Below are positions 25,096 through 36,217 of a DNA stretch of 64,000 nt, piece after piece. The stretch spans positions 3,433-67,432 of the IMG/VR virus record IMGVR_UViG_3300020016_000006. One strand, 5' to 3'. Position 1 is the stretch's first letter; each line of letters opens with the position of its first letter. Origin of the DNA: a virus. Lineage: Duplodnaviria; Caudoviricetes. A program made the position numbers and the translations under genes. The notes beneath the pieces were generated by a model. It was not told the DNA's origin. It did no database searches and worked only from the letters and a program-made list of their open reading frames with translations.

Positions 25096-28000
25096 GTGGC
25101 GACAATCGCGAGTCTTTTGATCCGAATCGGTGCAGATGCCACTAATGTTCGATCTACGCTGAATAGGACTGCCCGCGACTTACAACAGTTTGCCCGGAAC
25201 GCCAGCCGTCTCCGCACAACTGACGTCTTTGGGAATCTCCCCGCGAATCTGAATCGGAACGTCACTCGCGCTACACGTGAGCTGAATCGGCTTCGGGCTG
25301 AATTTGCACGAACCATGGAAGATATTCGTTCACGATCTGCGCAGGGGTTCATTAATGAACGCCAATTCTTCCGTGAGGGTCAGAGAGCCGAGGAGGCATT
25401 CAATCGTGGCATCCTCGCAGCACGACAGCGATTTGGTCAGGGCAACAGATCGGCTGGTGTTGATGCCAGGATCAGTGCTGGACTTCTTGCACAGCTCAAG
25501 ACGCCAAGTGGCCCAATTCGCGATCTTACCCAGCAATTGTCAGTTGTCGGTGATCTAACACAATCCCTCGGCCGAAGTTTGACGCGTGGTCTAACAATCC
25601 CCGTCACTGCATTCGGCATCGCCGGGGCCAAGGCTGCTGGTGATTTTGAAGCTGCGCTCAATCGCGCTGGCGCTCTGATTAGTGATAGCGCCGGGAGAAT
25701 CGATGAGCTGAAGCAGTCCGCTCTTGAGTTCTCTCAGCGGACGCCATTTTCACCAACGGAGATTATCAAGGGCATGCAGGTGCTCGGTCAGGCAGGACGA
25801 AGCACCACGCAAGTACTTGAGACCTTGCCGGGTATTCTTCGCTTGGCGACAATTGAAAGCGTTCCCCTGTCACAGGCAGTTGAAACTGTGGTTCGTGGTA
25901 TGACTGCGCTAGGACTTGAGTCTGATTCCACAAGTGCTTTTGTAGATAAGCTGGCTCGGGCCTCTCTGTCTGGCGTTGTGAGCATGACGGAATTGGGCGA
26001 TGCCTTCCGATATGCTGCGACGGTGGCTTCTCAGAGTGGTCAGCCACTTGATGATATTCTTGCGCTGATCACGAAGCTGGCTCAGGGTGGACTTGCGGGC
26101 GAGACGGGCGGCACCTCGCTGCGTAACATTCTTATCTCCCTCACCGACACTACTCCAAAAGCTGAGCGTGCACTTGAGCGTGTGGCAAAGCGTCTGGGGC
26201 AGACGGCGATTGCTATTCGCGACACTACAGGAGAAGTCACTGGAGTCAAGGGTCAGATTCTTCCTCTTGTCGCCATTCTTGATCAATTTGCTCGTGCGAA
26301 TCTTACTGCTGGTGAGGCAGTAGAGATTTTCGGCCGTCGTGGTGGTCCAGGATTTGCCGTTCTCCTTCAGCAGAGCATTCCTGAGATTATCAAGCTTTCG
26401 GCCGCGCTGAAGGGAGCGGGTGGAACTGCAGAAACAGTCGTTAATCAGCAATTCAAGGGCCTAAATGCTTCATTTACGCTCTTGAAGAATAGCATGATCG
26501 CGCTCGCAATTGCTGTTGGCCAGTCTGGCTTGCTTGGGTTCCTTACGGCTATGGTGAATACGCTCAAGGGCGTTGTTGATCAAATGACGAAGGCGAATCC
26601 ACAGCTTATCATCAGCGTTGCGAAATGGATTGCGTGGGCGGCGGTGATGGGGCCGATGATCAGTATTCTTGGTGGGGTGATCCGAATGGTCACTCTGCTC
26701 AGGATCGCCCTCTTTGGGTTGACAGCAACGGGCGTACTTGCCGCGCTGACTCCTGCCGGCCTTGTTGGTATCGCGATTATCGGTCTTGGTCTCTTGGCGA
26801 AGGCATTTCTGGATACTGCTCAAGATACGATCACCGCACAGCAGGCACTCGATAGCTTCAAGGCTTCGCTCGGGAGCCTCACAGGTGAACAGCTTGCAAA
26901 TGTTGTAACGTCGTTTAAGGGTCAACTTGCCCAGCTTAAGGCCGCTCGTGATGCTGCACAGAAAACAGTAAGTGCTGGCCGGCCCAAGGGCGCTGGCGTT
27001 TTTAGTCAGGATCTGGTTGAAGCGAACCGTGCCTTTAATCGAGCACAAGCTGAACTTGATCGGTTGAATCCTCTCGTTGATGAGATGGAGGCGAAGTTCA
27101 ATGCTGCCTCAACAGCATTGAAGGAATTTCAGGATCGTGCTAAGGCCACCGAGGAGTCTGAAAAGGCCATGGCTGCTCAGACAAAGGCCATGTCTGATGC
27201 GCTGAAGGCAGCGACCGGAGCGGAAGGTTTTGGAGTTGATAAGGATCAGCAGATTAAGGAAATGGTCAAGCGGATTCGCAATGTTGCCGATAATCTAAGT
27301 ATTGCTGATAGGCGTACAAAGGGTCTTGAAGATCGTGAACAGCAGCTCATTGCTCCGCTTGAGGAGGCGCGGTCGCTCTGGAAGGAAATCACTGACCTAA
27401 TTGATGAGGTTGGTGCAAAGAATGTTGACCCAAAGATCAAGGAAGGTGCTGTCCGACTGAAGGCCGCAATTGATCGGGCAAGTGCTCCTGATCCGGCGAG
27501 TTTTGAGCCATGGATTCGATCAGTAGATAATGTTCTTGCACGTATTGACGCGGTAAAGGATTCAACTGATAATGTCGCCCAGCGCTCTCGGCTATTAGCT
27601 CCACTTTACACTGAGCTTGCTCGACTTCAGGAGGAAGGGCGCAAGAAGATAGAAGCACAGGGTGGCGTTCAGAAAGCTAATATCCGTCTGCTGCAGAAGT
27701 ATAACCAGATTCTTCGCCAGCAAGCTGCTCCTGATCTTCTTCGTGATCTGGTGCCTGATATTGCTGCACAGGTTGATACGTTCGCCCGCCGCTTTGAACA
27801 AGCGAAACAGGCCCTTGCGGTTGCTCGGGCTGAGCAGAGCGAGAGTGGCGTTCGAGCGGCACAAGCGACTATTGACTCAATAAATGTTGAAGCAGCTGCG
27901 CTGATCCGACTGGCGAATACCGCACTAGCACGGATCAATGATCCAAATGTTACTGCTGATGATAAGATCGCAGCCTTCAATCAGCTACTTCAGATTTTCT

Positions 28001-29628
28001 CACAGCTTGGTGTAGCAATCAACGGTGTTGATTCTGATACGGCTCGTTGGTTGGAGACGGTTGATGATGTCATCAATGCGCTGGATTCTATCACTGGTGT
28101 TATTGATGATATTGGTCGAGCTATTGATGCGGACCTTTCTGATATAACCAATCTTATTGATGGCGTGGCAGACGTTCTTGCCGGGATATCTGACATTAAG
28201 AAGGCAAAGGATGAACTTGGGAAGTTTGACATCTTGAAGGCTATTCCAGGCATTGCCGGGGTCATCGGTGGCGCAGTGGGTGCCTTTGCCGGCCTTATCG
28301 GACGTGAATCGGCTGGTGATCGCCTACGTCAACAGAACACCGAGGCGCTTGATCGCCTGAGGGTTCAGCTTGCCGATAGTACCGAGGGTCTTGGCCAGCG
28401 AGCGGCTGTGAGTGGTGCGATTAGTCAATTAGATGTTGATACAGTTGTTAAGCGTGGAAAGGGTGGTCGAGCCGATTTTGTTGACTCGGAGGCCCTTAAG
28501 GCTCAGCTTGCTGATCTCGGGATCACCTTTGAAGAGCTTCAGAAAACGGCTGAGGATTTTGGCATTAGTCTCTTTGATGAAAAAGGGCGACTGCGGTTTG
28601 ATGCCTTTGAACGGCTTCAGGAGGCAATTGCCCTAACTGGTGACGCGCTCCGCCGATTCAGTCAGGATCTTGATACCAAGCTTTCGATTGCTACTCTTGA
28701 GCAGCGGCTACGGCAGGGTACGCCACTCACTTCGCAGCAAGATTTATCTGCACAGTTCCAAGTGCTCTTGGATGCAGTTGGACCGGGCATCTCCAAGTTT
28801 CTTCAGGGCATTGATGTTACAACCACTGCCGGGCAGCAGCAGCTTCGAGCAGCATTTTTGCGAATCATTAACGCGATCAAAACGGGACAAATTGCCTTTG
28901 AAGATTTTGGTGACTTTAAGAGTGCTGACGAATTCCTTGAATGGGTAGAAAAGATCACTGGCAGCCTTGAGGGACTTGATGAGGCTGTGAATGCCTCGTC
29001 CCTAAATATTCCCTCAGGCTTCAAGCTTATGCTTCGGCAGTTCCAGGCGGATCTGCCCCGGAGGCTCGGGGAGAATATCAACCTGGAGCCTGACCTGAAG
29101 CTCGACCCGATGACGGATGCGATTGTTAATGCTCAATTCGACTCGGCGGCAGGAATCATTGAGGCTTTGGAGAAGCTAACGGGGCGGGAGCTAGGGGATG
29201 TCTCGAATCCGCAGGCTAGTCCGGTCGGGGTAGAAGTAGATACAGGCTCTGCAGCGATGGTAGAAGTGCTAAATACGCTGGTAAACGTGAATCGGGCGAG
29301 CGAGGCTGGAATACGGGGTGTTGCGGATGCGGTAACAGCCCTAGCCGGAGTATTCACGGCAATTACCGACACCGAGGCTGCGGCTAGTTTCCGGGGCATT
29401 CAGGAGAATATTGTTCGCAATAGGGCCGAGACATTCGAGGTCGGGACTGAGACGGGTGATGCTATAAGCGGCGATAAGATCATTAACATCACCCAGAGCT
29501 TCGGAGATATCATAATTCAAGGTTCGGACAAAACGGCCCGAGAGCAGTGGAAGGAAATCAAAAACATCGCTCGTGAAGATTCCCAGCGGCGATATGGTAC
29601 ACCACATAAATGGGGTGAGGTGCCCTGA
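25096..29628 (+). CDS. tape measure protein (TP901-type core)
   Basis: 1510 aa; AGDFEAAL..TPFSPTEI..GE.GGTSLRN motifs. Confidence 0.95.
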   Translation: MATIASLLIRIGADATNVRSTLNRTARDLQQFARNASRLRTTDVFGNLPANLNRNVTRATRELNRLRAEFARTMEDIRSRSAQGFINERQFFREGQRAEEAFNRGILAARQRFGQGNRSAGVDARISAGLLAQLKTPSGPIRDLTQQLSVVGDLTQSLGRSLTRGLTIPVTAFGIAGAKAAGDFEAALNRAGALISDSAGRIDELKQSALEFSQRTPFSPTEIIKGMQVLGQAGRSTTQVLETLPGILRLATIESVPLSQAVETVVRGMTALGLESDSTSAFVDKLARASLSGVVSMTELGDAFRYAATVASQSGQPLDDILALITKLAQGGLAGETGGTSLRNILISLTDTTPKAERALERVAKRLGQTAIAIRDTTGEVTGVKGQILPLVAILDQFARANLTAGEAVEIFGRRGGPGFAVLLQQSIPEIIKLSAALKGAGGTAETVVNQQFKGLNASFTLLKNSMIALAIAVGQSGLLGFLTAMVNTLKGVVDQMTKANPQLIISVAKWIAWAAVMGPMISILGGVIRMVTLLRIALFGLTATGVLAALTPAGLVGIAIIGLGLLAKAFLDTAQDTITAQQALDSFKASLGSLTGEQLANVVTSFKGQLAQLKAARDAAQKTVSAGRPKGAGVFSQDLVEANRAFNRAQAELDRLNPLVDEMEAKFNAASTALKEFQDRAKATEESEKAMAAQTKAMSDALKAATGAEGFGVDKDQQIKEMVKRIRNVADNLSIADRRTKGLEDREQQLIAPLEEARSLWKEITDLIDEVGAKNVDPKIKEGAVRLKAAIDRASAPDPASFEPWIRSVDNVLARIDAVKDSTDNVAQRSRLLAPLYTELARLQEEGRKKIEAQGGVQKANIRLLQKYNQILRQQAAPDLLRDLVPDIAAQVDTFARRFEQAKQALAVARAEQSESGVRAAQATIDSINVEAAALIRLANTALARINDPNVTADDKIAAFNQLLQIFSQLGVAINGVDSDTARWLETVDDVINALDSITGVIDDIGRAIDADLSDITNLIDGVADVLAGISDIKKAKDELGKFDILKAIPGIAGVIGGAVGAFAGLIGRESAGDRLRQQNTEALDRLRVQLADSTEGLGQRAAVSGAISQLDVDTVVKRGKGGRADFVDSEALKAQLADLGITFEELQKTAEDFGISLFDEKGRLRFDAFERLQEAIALTGDALRRFSQDLDTKLSIATLEQRLRQGTPLTSQQDLSAQFQVLLDAVGPGISKFLQGIDVTTTAGQQQLRAAFLRIINAIKTGQIAFEDFGDFKSADEFLEWVEKITGSLEGLDEAVNASSLNIPSGFKLMLRQFQADLPRRLGENINLEPDLKLDPMTDAIVNAQFDSAAGIIEALEKLTGRELGDVSNPQASPVGVEVDTGSAAMVEVLNTLVNVNRASEAGIRGVADAVTALAGVFTAITDTEAAASFRGIQENIVRNRAETFEVGTETGDAISGDKIINITQSFGDIIIQGSDKTAREQWKEIKNIAREDSQRRYGTPHKWGEVP

Positions 29629-29981
29629 TGCCAGATTTTCTGACGTTTAATGGCACCCCGGTGCCTATCCTTCGGGATGGCGCCTCACAACGTCCTTCAG
29701 TCAAAATAGGTGATAGTGCTCGTGCATATGACGGAACCCTTCGTTCAACCGTCAGAGGAAAAAAGCGTGGTTGGGCAGTGAAGACCGGACCACTCTTGCC
29801 AGCAGAAGAGGATACCTTTCGTGAAATGGTTGATACGGATGATGAAATTACCGTTAATGGAGACGCAGTGAATAATACCCCTATTCAATGTCGAGTGGAT
29901 ATGGGCGAAACGGAATATATCTCAGACGGAACCGTGGATGGATTCCTGCGTCTAGCTAACTTTGAAATCAAGGAAATTTAG
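29628..29981 (+). CDS. distal tail protein-like
   Basis: RAYDGTLRS motif after tape measure. Confidence 0.6.
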   Translation: MPDFLTFNGTPVPILRDGASQRPSVKIGDSARAYDGTLRSTVRGKKRGWAVKTGPLLPAEEDTFREMVDTDDEITVNGDAVNNTPIQCRVDMGETEYISDGTVDGFLRLANFEIKEI

Positions 29982-29983
29982 CA

Positions 29984-31330
29984 GTGATTAATGATCCGAC
30001 TGTTCGTGGTCTTATTGGATCAAAGCATTATAATATTTGGGCACGTTTTCAAATTGCGAAGGTTGGGTATGTAGTTATCAACCTTAGCAACCCAAATGAT
30101 ATGCTGCTTAATGCCCAATGGGGCGAGGATCAAGAATCACCATGCGGGGCCGGGCAATTTCAGATCTTTGCTGATAGCGGTACTGTACTCGGGAATCTAT
30201 CACCATTTAGTGATGGTCCTCTCAGCACAGGTGCTTCCGATCCACTGATCTACCCCGGCGCATACGTCAACCTTGAGACTTCTATTGTATCCCCCGGATC
30301 TGGACCAGGGGAATGGCAGCAAATGTTCACAGGTCGGCTCGACAAAGTGAATGTAGCAAATGATGAACGATCAATGAGTCTTGTATGCCGGGATCTTGGG
30401 GGATTCCTTGTTAATCATTGGTTCTGGCCCACAGGAGCCGATCAAGGCGAGAGTGCTGTTAAGATGGCCGCTTCAACCCCGCGCCTTGACGCTCTGATTG
30501 AAGACTTGGTAAATTATGCAAATCCTAAAGGGGAATTTCACTTTGGGACGTCAAAGTCTGTTCTGCCACTTATCGTTCCTCAGATACCAGATTTCTTTGT
30601 TACTGTCTATCCCCAGGAACCAGGACCGTTGCTTGATATTCTTCAACAGAAGGCGCTTCAGATAGGATGGGATTGTAGGTATCGGTATAATGCAGCATCT
30701 AATCTGTGGCTCTTGACGCTTATTAATCCTGAGAAGGAGCAATTTGCGATTCATGATAATGAATGGATATTGGTACCTGAAGTTCGACTCTTGCCGAATG
30801 AGTATGTGAATATTAGTCGTCTTGAAATTGATGATAGTGATGTTCGTAACTATATTGAAGTGATTGCTTCAGATCGAAGCATTGCATATGCAGAAGATGC
30901 AAATAGCAAAAGCAAGTATGACTTTCGGCCGCTCCGAATTGCGGAAGATGCGGCTGAACACATAAATAATGTAGATGAAGCTCAAGTGATGGCCAACTCA
31001 GCCCTTCGTGATCTGAAAGATCCGAGGGCAACTCACGAATGCGAGTTTCTGTATTGGCCGCTTGTCCAGTTGAACGATATTCAGCAATATGCTGCGAATA
31101 ATGTATTGTACTCGCGGGATCTTACTTTTGCTGTGGAGAGTTATCAGCATACGTTAACAATGGATAAACATCGTACAATAATCACGGCGCGGGGCAACCC
31201 GATGACTACACGTACTAGGTGGTATAATGGTCAGCCTCGTATGCAGCACATCTACACAACCGATCCAGTCGGCACGGCAAAAGAACGCGCTGTCTGGTAT
31301 AAAGTACTGAGCACAGACTTCCTGACATAA
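29984..31330 (+). CDS. baseplate hub/tail tip protein
   Basis: GWDCRY..VRNYIEV..VESYQHT pattern; synteny. Confidence 0.7.
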   Translation: MINDPTVRGLIGSKHYNIWARFQIAKVGYVVINLSNPNDMLLNAQWGEDQESPCGAGQFQIFADSGTVLGNLSPFSDGPLSTGASDPLIYPGAYVNLETSIVSPGSGPGEWQQMFTGRLDKVNVANDERSMSLVCRDLGGFLVNHWFWPTGADQGESAVKMAASTPRLDALIEDLVNYANPKGEFHFGTSKSVLPLIVPQIPDFFVTVYPQEPGPLLDILQQKALQIGWDCRYRYNAASNLWLLTLINPEKEQFAIHDNEWILVPEVRLLPNEYVNISRLEIDDSDVRNYIEVIASDRSIAYAEDANSKSKYDFRPLRIAEDAAEHINNVDEAQVMANSALRDLKDPRATHECEFLYWPLVQLNDIQQYAANNVLYSRDLTFAVESYQHTLTMDKHRTIITARGNPMTTRTRWYNGQPRMQHIYTTDPVGTAKERAVWYKVLSTDFLT

Positions 31331-31331
31331 C

Positions 31332-33839
31332 ATGGCCACCAAAAGTCTTGAAACCTTCTCGGGTGCGCCCGATAATGATATCCACGGCCGTACTGTAGAT
31401 GGTGGAGGTGTGGGCCTAACTGATGGTGTATGGGATAAGGTAGAAAACTCTCCAGGCGCAGGAACATTTGATATTGTAACAATGCCCTTTCTTGGGGCAC
31501 AGCCACCCGAAGTTGCAATTAATTCTTCCAGCATCCCAGACATTAGCCTTCCACCTGCTCGAATTGTTGGGGATCTGCTTGGCCTTGTTGTGTATAGTAC
31601 TGATGGTACCCTTAGAAGTGCAGACACGCCGAGTGGATGGACACAAGAACAACGATCGTCGCTTGCTGGTCAACTAACCTACTATAGCAAAGTATGTGAC
31701 GGCACGGAAGCTGATACTCTTACAGTCAGCTTTACCGGGGCGGGCGGGGCCGCGATACACCAGGGTGCGTTTGCGTTTGGTATTCGTGGAGCCGTCACTC
31801 CATATATCGGCCAACTTGGCACGCTTTCATCATGGGGATCTGCGACAAATCTCGGCCCCATTGACGGCCTGACCCCGGATGAGCCGGGATCAATCGTTCT
31901 GATGTTTGGTGCAAAGAAAAATGATTTTGGCGGAGAGCCGAGCGCCACAGACTTTAATCTTGCTGGCTTCTCGGAATCCTTTAATGCTGGTGCCGTACTT
32001 TTTTGGCGTTTGTTAAGTGGCACACCAACTATTGGTTCAACGACCATTGTTGATCCAGTCGCGAGCGCGGGAGTTGGCACTGGGTTCATGGTCGAGATAC
32101 CGATGGGCGGTAGTTTCCCTACCGGATTGGTCCATCGTGGAAGTGAGCAATTAGAAGATTGGAACCATTATGTAGTCAAAAGTATTCCTGACATAGGTGG
32201 CGCGACAGGCATTACTGATTACATGGATGAAGCTGAATTTGACATTCGTTCAGCCGAACGTTGTACATTTGTTGCCCTTCTTGCTCGACATAGTGATACC
32301 TTAGAAACTGGATATGAGTTTAATATTGTACCACTTGAAGATGGTACACTCAATATTGAATTGTATCATATATGGGATGACTTTTATGATACGCTACGTA
32401 CCCTCAATTATGCTGATATAAATTGGCGTACTCAGAAAGTCAGAATACGCTTTTGTGTTTCTGGGCCGAGTACGGATGTTAATATTTCATGCTATGTTGG
32501 TCATGATGAAGCAAGTCTTGCACGCGTTATTCCTGATGACGGAACGCTTGATCCACTTGACATCTTCATTCATAACCCGGCGAGTGGAGAAGAAATTGAT
32601 GGTGGCTATCCAGGTCTTTGTATGTTTGACTTTTCACCAGGAGGCACCGGCTCGGGTGTAATTTGTACATATTGGCGAGCAGCGGAAGTTTGCGATGATC
32701 CGTATCCTGAAGAGCCATGTGAAAGTGATGATGGAACATGGCCCAATAATCCTCCCCCAGTAGAGCCTGATCTCACTGGCATCTGGGTGATGAAGAATAA
32801 GGTTTACCGGCCAGTTGATCCTGGTCTTGTAATCCCAGAATATCGGAAGGTTTATCGGGCAACGTCAAGTGAACTTCCGAGCGTTAATGTCTATATCAAT
32901 CGGGCGTGGCGTGAGATACCCATTTATGATACCGATCCAATTCCTGATACACCACGTCCACCTTATTATGATCCATGTGAAGATGGTGATCCCCTCCCGA
33001 TACCCGACACTGATCCAGGCCCACCGCCAGAACGTCTCTTTGGTGGTTGGGATATGCCAATACCGCAATTGGGTCCAGTATTCATAACCGCCATTAACGC
33101 GACTGGCCCATGGAGTACACTTAATCTATCTCAAGCAGCAGCACGTAGTAGTTACATTATTGGTGGAGTGGGGAGTTACAAAAAGTATCAATCAGGAGGG
33201 GTGTATCAGCGTTCGCTGATGCAGGCATGGATTGATAGTCATGGATCGTATATGCCAGGCTTAATGGCTAGTCCATGGTGGAAGGGCCAATTAAGTATGG
33301 ATGATCACGCGGCACGTGATCGATGGGGATGGCCGAGTAGCTGGTCCGATGATGATATTATTGATGAGTGTTCGTGGATTAATGGATATTGGAAAACACA
33401 ATATCCCGGCATTACGATCTGGATGCGGGCGAGGGAAGCTCAATTTGGCGCTCATGTTCCAGATTATGTCGATGGGATGATTGCACAATTCCGATTCTGG
33501 GGTCTTGGTGGTCATACGCCACCCACCTTCCGAGATGAGGAGCTAGGGTTAGCCAGTTCTCGTGGTCATGTAAGTTTGCTATCATACAATATTGAAAATG
33601 GTGGCCTAGGGCCTTCATCTCCTTATGGTGGTAGCAGCTTCACCCATCGTGTCGCATATGAAATGGGAACAGGAGAAGTCTTAGAGTGCTTGGATGCTTA
33701 TACGGATGCTGCTGCGGATATACCTGAATTTTGGGGCATAATGTTCTGGAAATTTAGTTATGAAGTGATGGGCCGGACAGGTATGATGGATGTACAAGCT
33801 ATTGGCCGGAATCAGCTTTACGCAATGGGCGCGCCATAA
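31332..33839 (+). CDS. multidomain receptor-binding/tail tip protein
   Basis: GDLL..PSGWT beta domain, lectin-like region, Pro/Asp linker, aromatic-rich C-terminal domain (possibly glycan hydrolase-like). Confidence 0.7.
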   Translation: MATKSLETFSGAPDNDIHGRTVDGGGVGLTDGVWDKVENSPGAGTFDIVTMPFLGAQPPEVAINSSSIPDISLPPARIVGDLLGLVVYSTDGTLRSADTPSGWTQEQRSSLAGQLTYYSKVCDGTEADTLTVSFTGAGGAAIHQGAFAFGIRGAVTPYIGQLGTLSSWGSATNLGPIDGLTPDEPGSIVLMFGAKKNDFGGEPSATDFNLAGFSESFNAGAVLFWRLLSGTPTIGSTTIVDPVASAGVGTGFMVEIPMGGSFPTGLVHRGSEQLEDWNHYVVKSIPDIGGATGITDYMDEAEFDIRSAERCTFVALLARHSDTLETGYEFNIVPLEDGTLNIELYHIWDDFYDTLRTLNYADINWRTQKVRIRFCVSGPSTDVNISCYVGHDEASLARVIPDDGTLDPLDIFIHNPASGEEIDGGYPGLCMFDFSPGGTGSGVICTYWRAAEVCDDPYPEEPCESDDGTWPNNPPPVEPDLTGIWVMKNKVYRPVDPGLVIPEYRKVYRATSSELPSVNVYINRAWREIPIYDTDPIPDTPRPPYYDPCEDGDPLPIPDTDPGPPPERLFGGWDMPIPQLGPVFITAINATGPWSTLNLSQAAARSSYIIGGVGSYKKYQSGGVYQRSLMQAWIDSHGSYMPGLMASPWWKGQLSMDDHAARDRWGWPSSWSDDDIIDECSWINGYWKTQYPGITIWMRAREAQFGAHVPDYVDGMIAQFRFWGLGGHTPPTFRDEELGLASSRGHVSLLSYNIENGGLGPSSPYGGSSFTHRVAYEMGTGEVLECLDAYTDAAADIPEFWGIMFWKFSYEVMGRTGMMDVQAIGRNQLYAMGAP

Positions 33840-33840
33840 C

Positions 33841-33870
33841 CTAGCGCCAGCCAGCGCAAGCAGTTAGCTT
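33841..33870 (+). promoter_or_regulatory. putative late promoter CTAGCGC-N17-TAGCTT
   Basis: Upstream of the lysis cassette. Confidence 0.7.
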
Positions 33871-33910
33871 CGATTTACCGCCTTTGACTAACTGCGAACA
33901 GGAGGTAGTG

Positions 33911-34228
33911 ATGGCAGTAGAGCCAGGGGAAGATGTATATCCGCCTCCCGCAAAACATTACAGGCGGTATGAAGATACACACCACAAGATCAACTGGAGT
34001 ATGATTGGCGTTCTCCTCGCTTTCACAGTTAATCTTTGTACCGTTGTTTGGGTAGCGGCAAATCTCAATTCTACCGTTCGACAAGGTCAAGTTGATACCG
34101 CGGAATTAAAAGCAGGAATCACCGGCTTAAGCGTTCAGGCGGCGCAGAATTCAGTGCGCATTGGAGTCTTGGAAACAAAAGTTGATGATATTCGTGATGT
34201 ACAACGTAGGAATCCCGCCAATCAGTGA
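33911..34228 (+). CDS. single-TM coiled-coil lysis protein (holin/antiholin-like)
   Basis: One TM followed by coiled coil. Confidence 0.6.
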   Translation: MAVEPGEDVYPPPAKHYRRYEDTHHKINWSMIGVLLAFTVNLCTVVWVAANLNSTVRQGQVDTAELKAGITGLSVQAAQNSVRIGVLETKVDDIRDVQRRNPANQ

Positions 34229-34242
34229 GAGCGAGGCTCAAT

Positions 34243-34512
34243 ATGACAGATCCCAAAACTGATCCCCCAAAGGTCGCTCCTGAAGATGACATTGGTCCAT
34301 TTTATCGTTATCTTGGTGGGCTTCTTGCGGTTGCTGGCGTATGTCTCTTTCTTGTACATGCATATAATCGTCAGACAATTTCATGGATTGATTTTGCCAC
34401 TCTGTGTGTTATCGCACTTCTTGTCCTTGCCATGATTCGCCCTCGGTTCTTCGACAGCACTGTAAAGACCATCGCAGACAAACTCCCGATGTTCAGTTAC
34501 AAAAAGGAATAA
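34243..34512 (+). CDS. putative holin (2 TM)
   Basis: Two TM, basic C-terminus, precedes endolysin. Confidence 0.65.
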   Translation: MTDPKTDPPKVAPEDDIGPFYRYLGGLLAVAGVCLFLVHAYNRQTISWIDFATLCVIALLVLAMIRPRFFDSTVKTIADKLPMFSYKKE

Positions 34513-34516
34513 CGCA

Positions 34517-34993
34517 GTGAGCATCATCATTACGCTGACCAGGGATATGCAGCATGCAGATGGGACGTTTGGTCAGCTTGTGATGCCGGGATGTCCCATG
34601 CTGTATACGATGGAAGATGATTGGCTTGAAAATCTGAAGGGGAAGTCTTGCATCCCGGCGGGAGACTATGACCTTCAGCGCTGTATCTTCCACAGAAAAC
34701 AAATTGAGACGTTTGAAGTAACTGGTGTACCGAACCGAACCCGTATTTTGATCCACCCAGCGAACACTGAGGAAGATGTTGAAGGGTGCATCGGACTTGG
34801 ATTGCGTTTGGGTGAGCTGTATGTAAAAAAGGATGAGGATACGGGTGAGGTCGGAGTGATGAAGAAAGCAGTGGTATCGTCCCGACAAGCCTTTAATACA
34901 TGGATGTGGGCTATGCAAGGGTATGACACCGCTGTGCTGCAAGTCCGTTGGGCCACTGGACTTCCTCGCCCTATAGATCCACTTACTGCTTAG
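34517..34993 (+). CDS. DUF5675-family putative endolysin
   Basis: TFGQL...SCIPAG.Y...VPNRTRILIHPAN...GCIGLG. Confidence 0.85.
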   Translation: MSIIITLTRDMQHADGTFGQLVMPGCPMLYTMEDDWLENLKGKSCIPAGDYDLQRCIFHRKQIETFEVTGVPNRTRILIHPANTEEDVEGCIGLGLRLGELYVKKDEDTGEVGVMKKAVVSSRQAFNTWMWAMQGYDTAVLQVRWATGLPRPIDPLTA

Positions 34994-35001
34994 GAGGGCA
35001 G

Positions 35002-35808
35002 ATGAGGTACGCAGCCGCGCTGGTCCTGCTGGTCGCTTTCACAGCATGTGATCGTGATCCGAAGGTAGACAAAGAACCCAATGTTGTTGATACGATTCCT
35101 CCACATGTGGAACCGGGTGGTGTGCCGAGCGATGCTCCTGAGGCACCGCCACTAACCCCTGAGGAAAAGGCAGATCTGGATTCGATCACTGGAGCAGTGG
35201 AATCACCGGCCGAGGAAGTGTCATTTATTCCTCAGATGACTGATGAAATTTTCCACCTTGCTGCGACTCGATTTGTGGATGTGCCGTTTTCGGTTGCCCC
35301 TGATTCGCTCGTGTGGCTGAAGACGAAGGTGTATGTCAGGAATATGAAAGCGAATGACCGCCTGGCCTATACCTACTTCAAAGACACATCTATGGTCAAG
35401 CGGAATATCAAAACAGGCGCCAAGGATTCTGTTCAGGCTGCTGCCCCGGACTATGGGCAGAAAGCAGTTTATAAGGGTTGTGTTCAGATATGGTATGGCG
35501 GTGACTCGACCAAGGTGTTCCCAGCTGAACCTTCCTGCTGGACTTGGGAATACACGCGCCCTGCGACTCCCCCAGCAACTATTGACTCTGTCGTTCGCCT
35601 TGCCCTGAGGTCACAGCCGCTTGTGCCGGGAGGTCCGTGGGAGCGTCGGGAAGATCAAACTGAGGCAATGGCGACTGACAGCAATCGGGTTCAGTTCTGT
35701 GCATACGTCAAAATGAAGGATAGTACATGGAAGAAGACAAGCAATGCTGATGGTATTCCCATTTGTGAGAATCTTTATCAGCAACTTCTCTCGGAGCGTA
35801 CAGGGTGA
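35002..35808 (+). CDS. lipoprotein of unknown function
   Basis: MRYAAALVLLVAFTAC lipobox. Confidence 0.7.
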   Translation: MRYAAALVLLVAFTACDRDPKVDKEPNVVDTIPPHVEPGGVPSDAPEAPPLTPEEKADLDSITGAVESPAEEVSFIPQMTDEIFHLAATRFVDVPFSVAPDSLVWLKTKVYVRNMKANDRLAYTYFKDTSMVKRNIKTGAKDSVQAAAPDYGQKAVYKGCVQIWYGGDSTKVFPAEPSCWTWEYTRPATPPATIDSVVRLALRSQPLVPGGPWERREDQTEAMATDSNRVQFCAYVKMKDSTWKKTSNADGIPICENLYQQLLSERTG

Positions 35809-35857
35809 AGCGAATTGCTGTTGCACAGAAGCATATGCGTAAATATGGGGGCAAGGG

Positions 35858-36217
35858 ATGGCGTTGTCTTGGTCAAAAGAATCGTTCTTGCCCCAAAAGG
35901 AGGAGAGGAGGGCGCAAGTGACTCTTGCAGAACAACAGAATCAAACGATGTCTCGACTCTGGAATATCTTTGTGCCAGAATTGCTCAAATGCTCTACTTT
36001 TGAAGAGCAAATTGCTCTAATTGGATATAGTCAGACAGTTGGCGATGCGTTCCGAAAGTATCATCAGCTATTGTATCTTAAGTGTATTCGCAGTAAACAA
36101 TTCATGGAAGATTTTCAGGATTATCGCAAGGATCAATGGGTCAAGTGCAATCTGGGACTTTTTCCTGATGATGATCCTCAGCCAAGTCTTCTACAGAACA
36201 CGGAGATGGTAGCATGA
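35858..36217 (+). CDS. hypothetical protein
   Basis: In-operon ORF. Confidence 0.6.
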   Translation: MALSWSKESFLPQKEERRAQVTLAEQQNQTMSRLWNIFVPELLKCSTFEEQIALIGYSQTVGDAFRKYHQLLYLKCIRSKQFMEDFQDYRKDQWVKCNLGLFPDDDPQPSLLQNTEMVA